41,459 bases of DNA, taken from NCBI GenBank assembly GCA_002254545.1, contig NJEA01000001.1, forward strand, positions 1-41,459, in the 5' to 3' direction. This document shows positions 18,901 through 26,279 of the stretch, in pieces. The notes under the pieces were generated by a model. That model did no database searches, was not told the DNA's origin, and saw only the letters and a program-made list of their open reading frames with translations. A program made the position numbers and the translations under genes. How positions within the stretch are numbered: the stretch's first letter is position 1; the number at the start of each line of letters is the position of its first letter. Origin of the DNA: Candidatus Aenigmarchaeota archaeon ex4484_224 (GTDB lineage: Archaea; Aenigmatarchaeota; Aenigmatarchaeia; CG10238-14; EX4484-224).

Positions 18901-20613
18901 TGCATCATAAAGCCAAGAAAGAAAACTAGCTACAACACTATTTTTTGATTGGAATATCAAATCTGGAACTCTTTTTTCTTTTAAGAACTTCAAAACTTTT
19001 GCCAATGCTATAGAATTAAACACCATCTCTACATTAGTCCCAAATTTTTCTTTCTTATATTCAAATCTTGGTTTAATTCCAAATTTTTCTTCAAAATATT
19101 TCTTCAATTTTGGTAACAAATCTAGCTCATTGTAATTGAATACACATCCTACTCTATATTTTGATACATAACCATCTCCTAACATATATCCCAGAATTGC
19201 ACCAAGTCTTTCATCAAGCTTGGAGGGAATTTTAATTTTCTTTGCATTTTTTCTTGTCTCAACCTTCCAATTTGTATCTAAGTATTTATGAATAGAACAT
19301 GGAATCCAATTAACTACTCTTACTTCATCTCCAATTTTAATTTCATCTAATCTCTTCCAAACTTGTTTAACTCCATTTTTTCCAAATTTTCCTTTCTTTT
19401 TTACAAGAACAGGCTGATTAAAAGTTCCTTTTATACTCTTACCACTTTCTGTTATAATTTCTATTATTGGTTGAAATTCATACTTGTGGAAAACTTTAGC
19501 AATTCCTCTTTTATATCCTTTAGCCAAATAAACAGGAACATTTATTTTTTCTAAATGATACTTTCCTAAACTTTCTATTTTAACTATCGCTCCATTCCCT
19601 AAAATTACTCTTTCATCACCTACTAAACAACTAGGATCTCCAATTAATAAAATATGAAGATCTCCTCTTACCTTACTTCCATCTTTTAAGATTTTTCTTA
19701 CTCCACCAAACAACTGTAAAGCAATTGCTTCTTTAACTTCATCTAAACCATAAATAGAAGGTGCAATAGATTTAACGATCATATCATAAACGTTTGGATT
19801 TTTAGCTAATTCTAAAATCTTTTTCTCATCTTCTTCTGTAATTTCAATTTCTTCCCATTCAGTTTCCATAGGAATTATGTTATTTGCTTCTATGAAAATT
19901 TCTAATTGCCTTGAAGAATAACTTTTTCTCAATTTTCTTGGCATTTGTCTAAGAATTCCAACAACTTTAATTCTATTTCCGGGATCTGTCATGTTTTGGA
20001 ATTTTGGATCTGTTAAATCTTCTTTCAAATAAACGATTATATCGCTAGGTCTTTCTCCACTAACAATTTCAAAAGGCTCTTCTATTACAATCCATCTTAC
20101 ATCATAAAGCTTTTGGTCAACTAATTGAAAACCTTTTTTATTTCCACAATAAGGACATTTTAAGGGTTGGGATAAAGACCTTTGACTTTGAACAACTGGA
20201 ATTTTTGCTCCACAGACAGGACATAAAAAAATTGCTTCAGCAATTTCTGGCCTAATTTCACTAGCTCTTTTAACAATCCCTTCCACTATAACAATCTTTC
20301 CTATATGCTCAGATCTCAAATTTCTTATTCTTATTTCTTTATCTTCTGGTAAATTGTAAAACCTAACTCTTAAAACATCAAACTCAAAACCTAAATCTAA
20401 TTCTTTCAAAGCATTTTCAGCCAATTCCAAAAATTCTTCTGGTTTTTCTAAAAATAAATCAGCTAGGTCTACATCAAATCTTTCAAGCAAAGAAAAATCA
20501 ACATACAAAGATTTTTTCTTTTGGGAAATTGTAGACACTATTTCATCTAAATAAAATTGCTTAAAAAATTCTATTAATTTCTCGATTATCTCTTCCTTTT
20601 CCACGTTTATCAT
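15973..20613 (-). CDS. mcm: Replicative helicase MCM precursor (674-aa extein interrupted by two inteins)
   Basis: Zn finger 'CPVCG...CPYCG', Walker A 'GDPS|TAKS', Walker B 'CAIDEFEK', 'ALHEAMEQQ|TISIAKA', arginine finger 'SRFDL' and a C-terminal wH domain. Confidence 0.95.
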   Translation of the reverse strand: MINVEKEEIIEKLIEFFKQFYLDEIVSTISQKKKSLYVDFSLLERFDVDLADLFLEKPEEFLELAENALKELDLGFEFDVLRVRFYNLPEDKEIRIRNLRSEHIGKIVIVEGIVKRASEIRPEIAEAIFLCPVCGAKIPVVQSQRSLSQPLKCPYCGNKKGFQLVDQKLYDVRWIVIEEPFEIVSGERPSDIIVYLKEDLTDPKFQNMTDPGNRIKVVGILRQMPRKLRKSYSSRQLEIFIEANNIIPMETEWEEIEITEEDEKKILELAKNPNVYDMIVKSIAPSIYGLDEVKEAIALQLFGGVRKILKDGSKVRGDLHILLIGDPSCLVGDERVILGNGAIVKIESLGKYHLEKINVPVYLAKGYKRGIAKVFHKYEFQPIIEIITESGKSIKGTFNQPVLVKKKGKFGKNGVKQVWKRLDEIKIGDEVRVVNWIPCSIHKYLDTNWKVETRKNAKKIKIPSKLDERLGAILGYMLGDGYVSKYRVGCVFNYNELDLLPKLKKYFEEKFGIKPRFEYKKEKFGTNVEMVFNSIALAKVLKFLKEKRVPDLIFQSKNSVVASFLSWLYDADGSVIAGGRGKNGILFKSKNIELLRDIQILLLRFGIHSRIYGNNLMIRQANSIEKFAKNIGFNSKKKKEKLKKLLKLLKRYKHRRHNKMWERVVKIVYHPPETVYDIEVPKYKRFVANGIVVHNTAKSALMRVVAGLIPRGRYVSGKGVTYAGLTATVVRDEEFLGGWVLEAGALVLANGSLCAIDEFEKVDKQDQVALHEAMEQQSYHPSFEIMFADGSKHKIGDFVEDLMKKYKNRIVEGINCEILDVSNLNFKLLDYDGKKITPVKVLRVSRHKAPDYFIEITYSNGRKILVTPEHPVFIFKNGKIMTEEANKITKDLFVPGVRNLEIFSSDQILEGITKTGRKRINLPTKVAPSLSRFLGFFVSEGYSYKGSSYEVGISNSSPILSNRIISTIKETFSITPMDYTDRNRTLRIISKDVYLWMKQNFDELMKLSKFKRIPKVVFSLNKNLVKEFILAMFLGDGSSKKIPSYTSSSRELVEDLQDLLLKLQIFSRIHEFKQFGRTYWKLYVTGDSIPIFSKIFENKDIKRKKIRHHDILPTYVARKLRDILKIFRMYDGSLNKNIELNYGITKERFSKIYENIAKKIRSGIELIEKGNLKKLKKELNFSFNLISKISNLNESSIKYFFYGGYTERKRKMIEERILSSLRNFLETKLKELEALEQLENYRWLRIKKVRKIPNKGKYKTDWVYDVTVQTHKFISHGLILHNTISIAKASIVATLPARTAILAGGNPKLGRFDPYLPVRDQVDIPETLLSRFDLKFALRDIPNPDVDAKLADHILKTRYFGKDEEVKPPIPPDLLRKYIAYARSKVKPKMTEEAAQVLKEFYLSLREKSGGESPIAITPRQYDALMRLAEASARIQLREYVTKEDALRAIRLMSVSLRQFGFEPETGQIDIDKAEGAKFTATQRGKIRTILSIIEDLENVFGKEIPQDEIIRVAKEKGIDDVEEILRKMQREGYLYSPKPGVLSRL
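16768..18282 (-). mobile_element. MCM intein 2 (505 aa, LAGLIDADG homing-endonuclease type), inserted in ...EAMEQQ/TISIAKA
   Basis: Residues 778-1282. It starts 'SYHPSFEIMFADG', has block B 'LVTPEHPVF', LAGLIDADG-type 'LSRFLGFFVSEGYS' and 'FILAMFLGDGSS', and ends 'VYDVTVQTHKFISHGLILHN' followed by Thr. Boundaries were mapped codon by codon. Confidence 0.8.
18529..19629 (-). mobile_element. MCM intein 1 (367 aa, LAGLIDADG homing-endonuclease type), inserted in the Walker A P-loop GDPS/TAKS
   Basis: Residues 329-695. It starts 'CLVGDERVILGNG', has LAGLIDADG-type 'LGAILGYMLGDGYVS' and 'FLSWLYDADGSV', and ends 'VYDIEVPKYKRFVANGIVVHN' followed by Thr. Boundaries were mapped codon by codon. Confidence 0.85.
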
Positions 20614-20659
20614 TTCCTCTTTTTTAGTTTTATGATTAATCTTTTTTTGAGATTTTTCG

Positions 20660-20678
20660 AAAAATGAAAAATGAAAAA
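20660..20678 (-). terminator. Three T5 tracts directly after the tbp stop (oligo-T archaeal termination signal)
   Basis: The minus strand reads TTTTTCATTTTTCATTTTT, starting 2 nt after the TAG at 20681-20683. Confidence 0.3.
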
Positions 20679-20680
20679 GG

Positions 20681-21232
20681 CTATTCCTTCACTATTGCTT
20701 TAATTGATTTTAATTGCTTTATAAGCTTTTCTATAGCTATTTTCACATCTTTTGTCTTTCTAGCTCCTGTGCATACGATTTTACCAGAGCTAAAGATTAG
20801 AAAAGCCACATTTGGATTTTTCATTCTTAGAACTAAACCTGGGAATTGTTCCGGTTCGTATTCGGAATTTTCTAGCTCGAAAGCAACTTTATCCAAATCT
20901 ACTCTTGCATCTAGCTTGGTAGAGGAAACAATATTTTCAATTCTAAATTGGAATTTAGAAGGAACTTTAATTCCAGCTTTTCTTACTAAACTCACTAGTT
21001 TTTTTAAAGCTTTTTGCAAGTCTTTTTGTGTTCTAGTTCCGGTACATACAATTTTTCCAGAGCTAAAGATTAAAGCAGCAGACTTTGGATTTTTCATTCT
21101 TAGAACTAAACCTGGGAATTGTTCTGGTTCGTATTCTGCTCCTTCTATATTTGCTACTATCTTTTGTAATGGAACTTGAATTCCTAAAGAACCAGAAGCT
21201 ACTATATTTTCAATCCTTATTTTATAATTCAT
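20681..21232 (-). CDS. tbp: TATA-box binding protein
   Basis: 183 aa with two TBP repeats, each containing 'EYEPEQFPGLVLRMKNP' and 'LIFSSGKIVCTG'. Confidence 0.95.
   Translation of the reverse strand: MNYKIRIENIVASGSLGIQVPLQKIVANIEGAEYEPEQFPGLVLRMKNPKSAALIFSSGKIVCTGTRTQKDLQKALKKLVSLVRKAGIKVPSKFQFRIENIVSSTKLDARVDLDKVAFELENSEYEPEQFPGLVLRMKNPNVAFLIFSSGKIVCTGARKTKDVKIAIEKLIKQLKSIKAIVKE
20761..20863. repeat. tbp intragenic direct repeat, copy A (encodes part of the C-terminal TBP repeat)
   Basis: By hand alignment it matches 21034-21136 at an offset of 273 nt, about 90/103 identical. The core 20811-20863 is 52/53 identical. Confidence 0.85.
21034..21136. repeat. tbp intragenic direct repeat, copy B (encodes part of the N-terminal TBP repeat)
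   Basis: Partner of 20761-20863. The core 21084-21136 differs from copy A only at one synonymous CCA/CCG site. Confidence 0.85.
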
Positions 21233-21324
21233 TTTCTCACCAAAACTAACTTTAAAAATCTTTAAATATTGTATTTAAATAGTTTTCGAAAAGAATTTAA
21301 ATTGCCAAGCCTAGTGTTTTTAGT

Positions 21325-21651
21325 ATGATAATTCATGTAAGTAAAGAAAACTTTGAAGATGAAATTCTTTATTCGGAAATTCCTGTAATAGTTGATTTTT
21401 GGGCTAAATGGTGTAAGCCTTGCTTAGCTTTTGCTCCTATTTTTGAAAAACTTAGCAAAGAATATGAAGGAAAAGTAAAATTCATGAAATGTGATGTTGA
21501 AAAAAATAAAACAATAGCTGATTTGTTTGATGTAAAGTCGATCCCAACCGTTTTAATATTTTGTGATGGAAAAATTGTAAAAAGAATAACTGGAAATTAT
21601 AATTTGCAAGAAATGAAAGAAATTTTGGATAAAATTGGAGAGAAATGTTAA
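21325..21651 (+). CDS. trxA: Thioredoxin
   Basis: 108 aa with the active site 'WAKWCKPC' (WCxxC) and 'SIPTVLIF'. Confidence 0.9.
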   Translation: MIIHVSKENFEDEILYSEIPVIVDFWAKWCKPCLAFAPIFEKLSKEYEGKVKFMKCDVEKNKTIADLFDVKSIPTVLIFCDGKIVKRITGNYNLQEMKEILDKIGEKC

Positions 21652-21652
21652 T

Positions 21653-22831
21653 ATGAAAATTAGAATTATATTTCCTTTCTTTGGGAAAGGGAAAGAAGAG
21701 GTTGAAATTGAAGAAGAAGTTCAATTTGAAGAAGTTCCAAAAATTTTAGAAAGAAATGAAAAATATAAGGAGTTTTTGGAAGAATTGGAAAGAAAATATG
21801 AAGATTTTTGGAATGAAGTTGAAAAAAATAGAAAGAAATTGAAAGAAGTGAAGAAAATAAAAAAGAATAAATTTGTTGAAAAAGTTGAAAATTTCCTTTT
21901 TAAAATTCAAAAATTAGAACAAAAAGAAATTGAAGACTTTCAGAATTTTTTTGAAAAAACTTCTGAGATAATTAATGATTTGATAAAAACTCATCCAAAT
22001 GAACAGGCTGAAATCTACCAGTTTGAAGAAGGGAAGGATTTGATAAGAAATTTGAATGAAATGATAAAAAAATTTGATGAATTTAAAAAATGGTTAGCAA
22101 AAAGATATAAAGAATATTCCGTTGTAAATGATCAGATTAAAAGTAAGAAAGAAGTGGAAGAATTGAAAAATTTAATAGACGAAGTAAATGAAATGAGAAG
22201 AGAAAAAAAGAAAATACAAGAAACTATTGAAAGAAATTTAAAGGAAATGAAAAAGATTGAAGAAGAAAATCTTGAAGAGATTAAAAATTTAGAAAAACAA
22301 ATTGAAAAGATTGAAAAAGAGATTGAAGAGAAGAATAAAGAAATTTTGAGTGTTAAGGGGGATATAAGAAAAAAGTTTAGTAAATATAAAAAAGATATGT
22401 TGAAAGAATTTCATTCCAAAGATGAAAAAATATTTAATTTTTTAAAAAGTTTCTTTGAAAATCCATTTGATTATTTTTTCCAAATTAATGAATTCATAGA
22501 TAGATTTGAAGGCGATGTTGGAAAGCAATTTATAAATTGTTGGGAAAATTCTAGGAAAGATATTGAAAAGATTGAACAATTGAAAGAAGAAATTAAACAG
22601 CTTAAAGAAAAAAAGATTGAAATGGAAAGAAATAAAAGATTGAAAGAAGAAGAAATTGAAGAGAAGAGAAGAGAGGTAAAATTTTTTAAAAGAAAAGAAG
22701 AAGAAATTGAAAGAAAGTTGAAAGACTTAGAGAAAAAATTTTTGAAGAAAAAAAGAATTTTAGAAGTTCTTTTGAAAAGAAATTTTGATAGAAGGTTTAA
22801 GGTAAAAATTCCTCAAGAAGAAATGAATTGA
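21653..22831 (+). CDS. Glu/Lys-rich coiled-coil protein, function unknown
   Basis: About 392 aa from ATG 21653 (MKIRIIFPFFGKG...); the tracked start is TTG 21635. It has long heptad-like E/K/I/L stretches and no enzymatic motif. Confidence 0.5.
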   Translation: MKIRIIFPFFGKGKEEVEIEEEVQFEEVPKILERNEKYKEFLEELERKYEDFWNEVEKNRKKLKEVKKIKKNKFVEKVENFLFKIQKLEQKEIEDFQNFFEKTSEIINDLIKTHPNEQAEIYQFEEGKDLIRNLNEMIKKFDEFKKWLAKRYKEYSVVNDQIKSKKEVEELKNLIDEVNEMRREKKKIQETIERNLKEMKKIEEENLEEIKNLEKQIEKIEKEIEEKNKEILSVKGDIRKKFSKYKKDMLKEFHSKDEKIFNFLKSFFENPFDYFFQINEFIDRFEGDVGKQFINCWENSRKDIEKIEQLKEEIKQLKEKKIEMERNKRLKEEEIEEKRREVKFFKRKEEEIERKLKDLEKKFLKKKRILEVLLKRNFDRRFKVKIPQEEMN

Positions 22832-23240
22832 GTTTGTAAATTGAAACTATTTTTGTTTTGCTAAATTCTCTTAAATCTTCTTGCCAAAGAGTTACGACTA
22901 AAGATTGAAGCTTAAATTTTTTCCAATTCCAAATTTTTCTTAATTCTTTACATTTTTCTTCATTTTTTAAACAAGCTTCTTTTATTTTTGATTTTCTATT
23001 CCAATTTAAATTCCATTTTTTACATTCAACGCAAAAGCCATAATTGTTTTTGTATGCTAGAACGTCTATTTCAAATCTTTTTTTTGTTTTAAATCTAAAA
23101 TTTCTTTTGGTTTTAAAGCCATGAATTTGGAAAATAGCTTCAACAATTTGTTCAAAGGATTTCCAGCTAAATTTTTTTAAAATTTCTTCGATATCTTTTC
23201 CTTTCTCAATTTCTCTTTTAATTTCTTCAAGCAAATCCAT
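22797..23240 (-). CDS. PD-(D/E)xK nuclease-fold protein (Mrr-cat / restriction-endonuclease-like)
   Basis: 147 aa. 'FEQIVEAIFQIHGF...RFEIDVLAYKNNYGFCVECKKW' fits the D...(D/E)xK core layout of Mrr-type nuclease domains. Confidence 0.45.
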   Translation of the reverse strand: MDLLEEIKREIEKGKDIEEILKKFSWKSFEQIVEAIFQIHGFKTKRNFRFKTKKRFEIDVLAYKNNYGFCVECKKWNLNWNRKSKIKEACLKNEEKCKELRKIWNWKKFKLQSLVVTLWQEDLREFSKTKIVSIYKLNSFLLEEFLP

Positions 23241-23267
23241 AATTATTTGATAACCTAAAAAATAATT

Positions 23268-23729
23268 ATGGATTTAACTACTCATTTAGCTGTTGGAATT
23301 TTTTTGTATAAAGTTTTTGGAAATCCTTGGTTAATTCTATTGAGTGTAATTTTTGATTTTGACCATCTCTTTGGATATCTATATGATTCTAGGAAAAAAA
23401 TAAGATTGGAAATTCCAAAACTTTATAGATTAGCTTATAGACCTAGAAGTTGGTTTCACAGCATTTTGATGGTCCCTATTTTAGCAATAATTTTTTTGCA
23501 AATAGTTCCTTGGAAACAATCAGTTTTAGCCTTAACTATTCATTTGCTATTGGATATGCCAGATAGAGAAGGGATATACATAGTTCCATTTCTATCTAAG
23601 AAAAAAATTAGAGGCCCATTGCCTGTAGCATATTATATAAAGCATGAAAAAAGAAAAATAAAAAAATCTTTTCATATAATAAGCTTAACTCTTACAACAA
23701 TTTTTATTTTGTTAAGTATATTGTATTAG
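23268..23729 (+). CDS. Membrane protein, DUF457/YdjM-like putative metal-dependent hydrolase
   Basis: 153 aa. It has the N-terminal 'DLTTHLAVG', several TM helices and His/Asp-containing loops ('FDFDHLFGY', 'HLLLDMPD'). Confidence 0.45.
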   Translation: MDLTTHLAVGIFLYKVFGNPWLILLSVIFDFDHLFGYLYDSRKKIRLEIPKLYRLAYRPRSWFHSILMVPILAIIFLQIVPWKQSVLALTIHLLLDMPDREGIYIVPFLSKKKIRGPLPVAYYIKHEKRKIKKSFHIISLTLTTIFILLSILY

Positions 23730-23735
23730 AGAAAA

Positions 23736-24458
23736 ATGAGAGTATTAGGAATTGATGAAGCTGGTAGGGGTTCAATAATAGGACCTATGATAATAGCTGG
23801 AGTTGTTTTTGATTCAAGAGATAAAAGAAAGTTGAAAAAAATTGGAGTAAAAGACTCTAAGCAATTGACCAAAAGAAAAAGAGAAGAAATATATGAATTT
23901 TTGCAAGATATAGCAAAAGATATTTTTATTATAAAAGTAAGTCCTTGTAAGATTGATTCTGAAAATTTGAATTCGATCGAGATGAAAAAAATTGCTCAAA
24001 TAATTGAAATGAGTGATGCGAATTTTGTGTATATAGATGCTTTAACTTCTAGACCTAAAAAATTTGTTAAAAAATTGAGAGAATTATTGAATAACAAAAA
24101 AATTAAAATTAAAGCTGAAAATAAAATGGATGAAAAAAATTTGTTTGTTGGTGCAGCTTCTATAATTGCAAAAGTTGAAAGAGATTGGGAAATCGAAAAA
24201 ATAAAGAAAGATGTAAATTTTGATTTTGGAATTGGATATCCTCATGATCCAAAAACAATTGAATTTGTTAAAAAGTGTATAGAAGATGGAAATGATTGTA
24301 AATATATAAGGTGGAAATGGGATACTGTTAAAAAAATTGTGAGAGAGCTTGAAGAAAATGGGATTAAAATTGATAAAAAAATTTATAAAAAAGCAAAAAT
24401 TAGAAAAAGTATTGGATTCCAAAGAAAATTAAAGGAATTTTTGAGGAAAAAATTATGA
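23736..24458 (+). CDS. rnhB: Ribonuclease HII
   Basis: 'LGIDEAGRGSIIGPMIIAGV', 'VKDSKQL', 'YIDAL' and 'GAASIIAKVERD'. Confidence 0.9.
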   Translation: MRVLGIDEAGRGSIIGPMIIAGVVFDSRDKRKLKKIGVKDSKQLTKRKREEIYEFLQDIAKDIFIIKVSPCKIDSENLNSIEMKKIAQIIEMSDANFVYIDALTSRPKKFVKKLRELLNNKKIKIKAENKMDEKNLFVGAASIIAKVERDWEIEKIKKDVNFDFGIGYPHDPKTIEFVKKCIEDGNDCKYIRWKWDTVKKIVRELEENGIKIDKKIYKKAKIRKSIGFQRKLKEFLRKKL

Positions 24459-24685
24459 AAATAGAAAAAATAATTGATTTAATAATTGTGTTTATTGCAA
24501 TTTTAGCTGGAAAGTTTTCTTCTGTCTTGCAAGATTTTTATCTTAAAATTTTAATTCCGATTTTAATTTTTGTTGGAATTTTAGCTATTTTAAAACTCAC
24601 AAAACAAAAAATTAGAATTTTTGATTTAGCATTTTCTTTTTTTGGTATTTGGTTTTTAGTTTGGATTTTGTTTATAAACGTTTAG
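24455..24685 (+). CDS. Small integral membrane protein (about 3 TM), unknown function
   Basis: 76 aa and hydrophobic. ATGA overlap with rnhB suggests co-translation. Confidence 0.4.
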   Translation: MKIEKIIDLIIVFIAILAGKFSSVLQDFYLKILIPILIFVGILAILKLTKQKIRIFDLAFSFFGIWFLVWILFINV

Positions 24686-24929
24686 ATGATTTTAAGAAAA
24701 GATATGCTGCATAGATATGGCTACATGGTTTTTCATGCAAAGCAAAAAATTGGCAATCGCAACTAAATTTTTTTCTTTTCTTATCAAAAATTACAAAATG
24801 CTCTTCATTTTCTCCTTTAACATTAAAATGAATTCTTTCATTGGTTTCTAAAGCTATTTTTACTCCATTTGATTTAAAAATTGTATATCCTTTTCTTCTA
24901 ACTTGGCTTGAAACTTTTAGTTTAACCAT
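24672..24929 (-). CDS. SWIM zinc-finger protein
   Basis: 85 aa. 'CDCQFFALHEKPCSH' is the CxCxnCxH SWIM signature. Confidence 0.6.
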   Translation of the reverse strand: MVKLKVSSQVRRKGYTIFKSNGVKIALETNERIHFNVKGENEEHFVIFDKKRKKFSCDCQFFALHEKPCSHIYAAYLFLKSSKRL

Positions 24930-24964
24930 TCTAACAATAAATTTTGAACGAAGAAAATAAAAAT

Positions 24965-25894
24965 ATGGAAAGTTTGGAAGAAGTAATCAAAGAATTGAAG
25001 AAAATTAAAGCAAAAAAGGTTTTGATTCAATTTCCAGAAGGTTTAAAGATAAAAATACAAGGAATAGGAAAGAAAATTGAAGAAAATGGAATAAAAGTGA
25101 TTTATTGGGTTGAAAATACTTATGGAGCTTGTGATTTGCCTATAGAGGAAGCTAAAAGAATTAAAGTTGACGCTATTTTACATATAGGGCATACTGATTT
25201 TGGAATTAAAAGTAATTTGCCAGTAATTTATTGGGAATATTTTTATGATGTTGATCCTATACCAATTCTTGAAAAAGATTTTGAAAAAATTAAAAATTTT
25301 AAAAAGATTGGAATTGTTGGAAGTTTGCAATATATAAAAGCAATTCCAAAAGTTAAAGAATTTTTGAAAAAGAAAGGAATTGAAGTTTATACTAAAAAAA
25401 CTGAAAAATATGAAGGGCAAATTTTGGGTTGTAGGGTAAATGCAGGATTAATGATAGAAGATAAAGTTGATTGTTTTTTAGTTTTAAGTTCAGCAATTTT
25501 TCATGCTTTAGGCTTAGCTTTAAAAGTTAGAAAAAAAGTTTTTGTTCTTGATTTTGAAAGAAATGAAATTAGAGATTTAGAAAAAATTGTTAAAAAATAT
25601 AGGAAAATTATTGCCTGGAATCTAGAAAAATTTAAAGAAGCTAGAAAAATTGGAATTTTAGTTTCTTCTAAGATTGGACAATTTTGGGGTCCAGAAAAAA
25701 TTGTTGAAAAGTTAAAGAAAAAAGGAAAAGAAGTTTATGTTTTTTATATGAATGAAATTTTGCCAGAGAAAATTGAAGGATTAAAAGTTGATTTTTTAAT
25801 AAATACAGCTTGTCCTAGAATTGGAATTGATGATATTGAAAGATATAAAATTCCAATTTTAAACATAGAAGAAATTATTGGACATTTTGACTAA
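24965..25894 (+). CDS. dph2: Diphthamide biosynthesis enzyme Dph2 (2-(3-amino-3-carboxypropyl)histidine synthase)
   Basis: 'LIQFPEGLK', 'TYGACD', 'ILHIGH', 'GCRVNAG' and 'INTACPRI'. The tracked start is TTG 24944; ATG 24965 is more likely. Confidence 0.8.
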   Translation: MESLEEVIKELKKIKAKKVLIQFPEGLKIKIQGIGKKIEENGIKVIYWVENTYGACDLPIEEAKRIKVDAILHIGHTDFGIKSNLPVIYWEYFYDVDPIPILEKDFEKIKNFKKIGIVGSLQYIKAIPKVKEFLKKKGIEVYTKKTEKYEGQILGCRVNAGLMIEDKVDCFLVLSSAIFHALGLALKVRKKVFVLDFERNEIRDLEKIVKKYRKIIAWNLEKFKEARKIGILVSSKIGQFWGPEKIVEKLKKKGKEVYVFYMNEILPEKIEGLKVDFLINTACPRIGIDDIERYKIPILNIEEIIGHFD

Positions 25895-26276
25895 ATTTTG
25901 AAATTTCTTTTGAAATTTGATTTAATTGCTCAATTAACTTGCTTTCTTCTTTTGCTATTTCGTTTAAAGCCTTTTCAATTTCTTCCTTTCTTCTTTCCAA
26001 GAAAGAAATTGCTTCACTTTTTTCCATTTCTATTGAAGTGTTAGACCCTATAAAAACTAAAAATTTATTTGGATCTGTAATTTTTCCTTTTGAAAATATT
26101 CCTGAACCTAAAGAAAAAAATGTTTCATTTTCATTTATTTCATTTAGAGTTTGAAGGGTTTGAGAAATTTCAAGCAATTTTTGGGAAAGAATTTCTTTTT
26201 GTTTTAGCAAAGAATTTAGTCTTGATTCTAAAATTTGATAAATCAAAATTTTTTCTTGAAACTCTTTTTTCTGCAT
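25875..26276 (-). CDS. pfdA: Prefoldin alpha subunit
   Basis: 133 aa. Coiled-coil ends flank 'LGSGIFSKGKITDPNKFLVFIGSNTSIEMEKSEAISFLERR', the double beta-hairpin of alpha-class prefoldin. Confidence 0.7.
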   Translation of the reverse strand: MQKKEFQEKILIYQILESRLNSLLKQKEILSQKLLEISQTLQTLNEINENETFFSLGSGIFSKGKITDPNKFLVFIGSNTSIEMEKSEAISFLERRKEEIEKALNEIAKEESKLIEQLNQISKEISKFSQNVQ

Positions 26277-26279
26277 TAA

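Noticed and set aside
20664-21179. 171-aa + strand ORF with an internal repeat ('PVHTI.PELKI...FGFFILRTKPGNCSGSY' twice)
   Set aside because: It is the exact antisense shadow of tbp. Its repeat simply mirrors the TBP repeat, and the tbp frame carries unmistakable TBP motifs.
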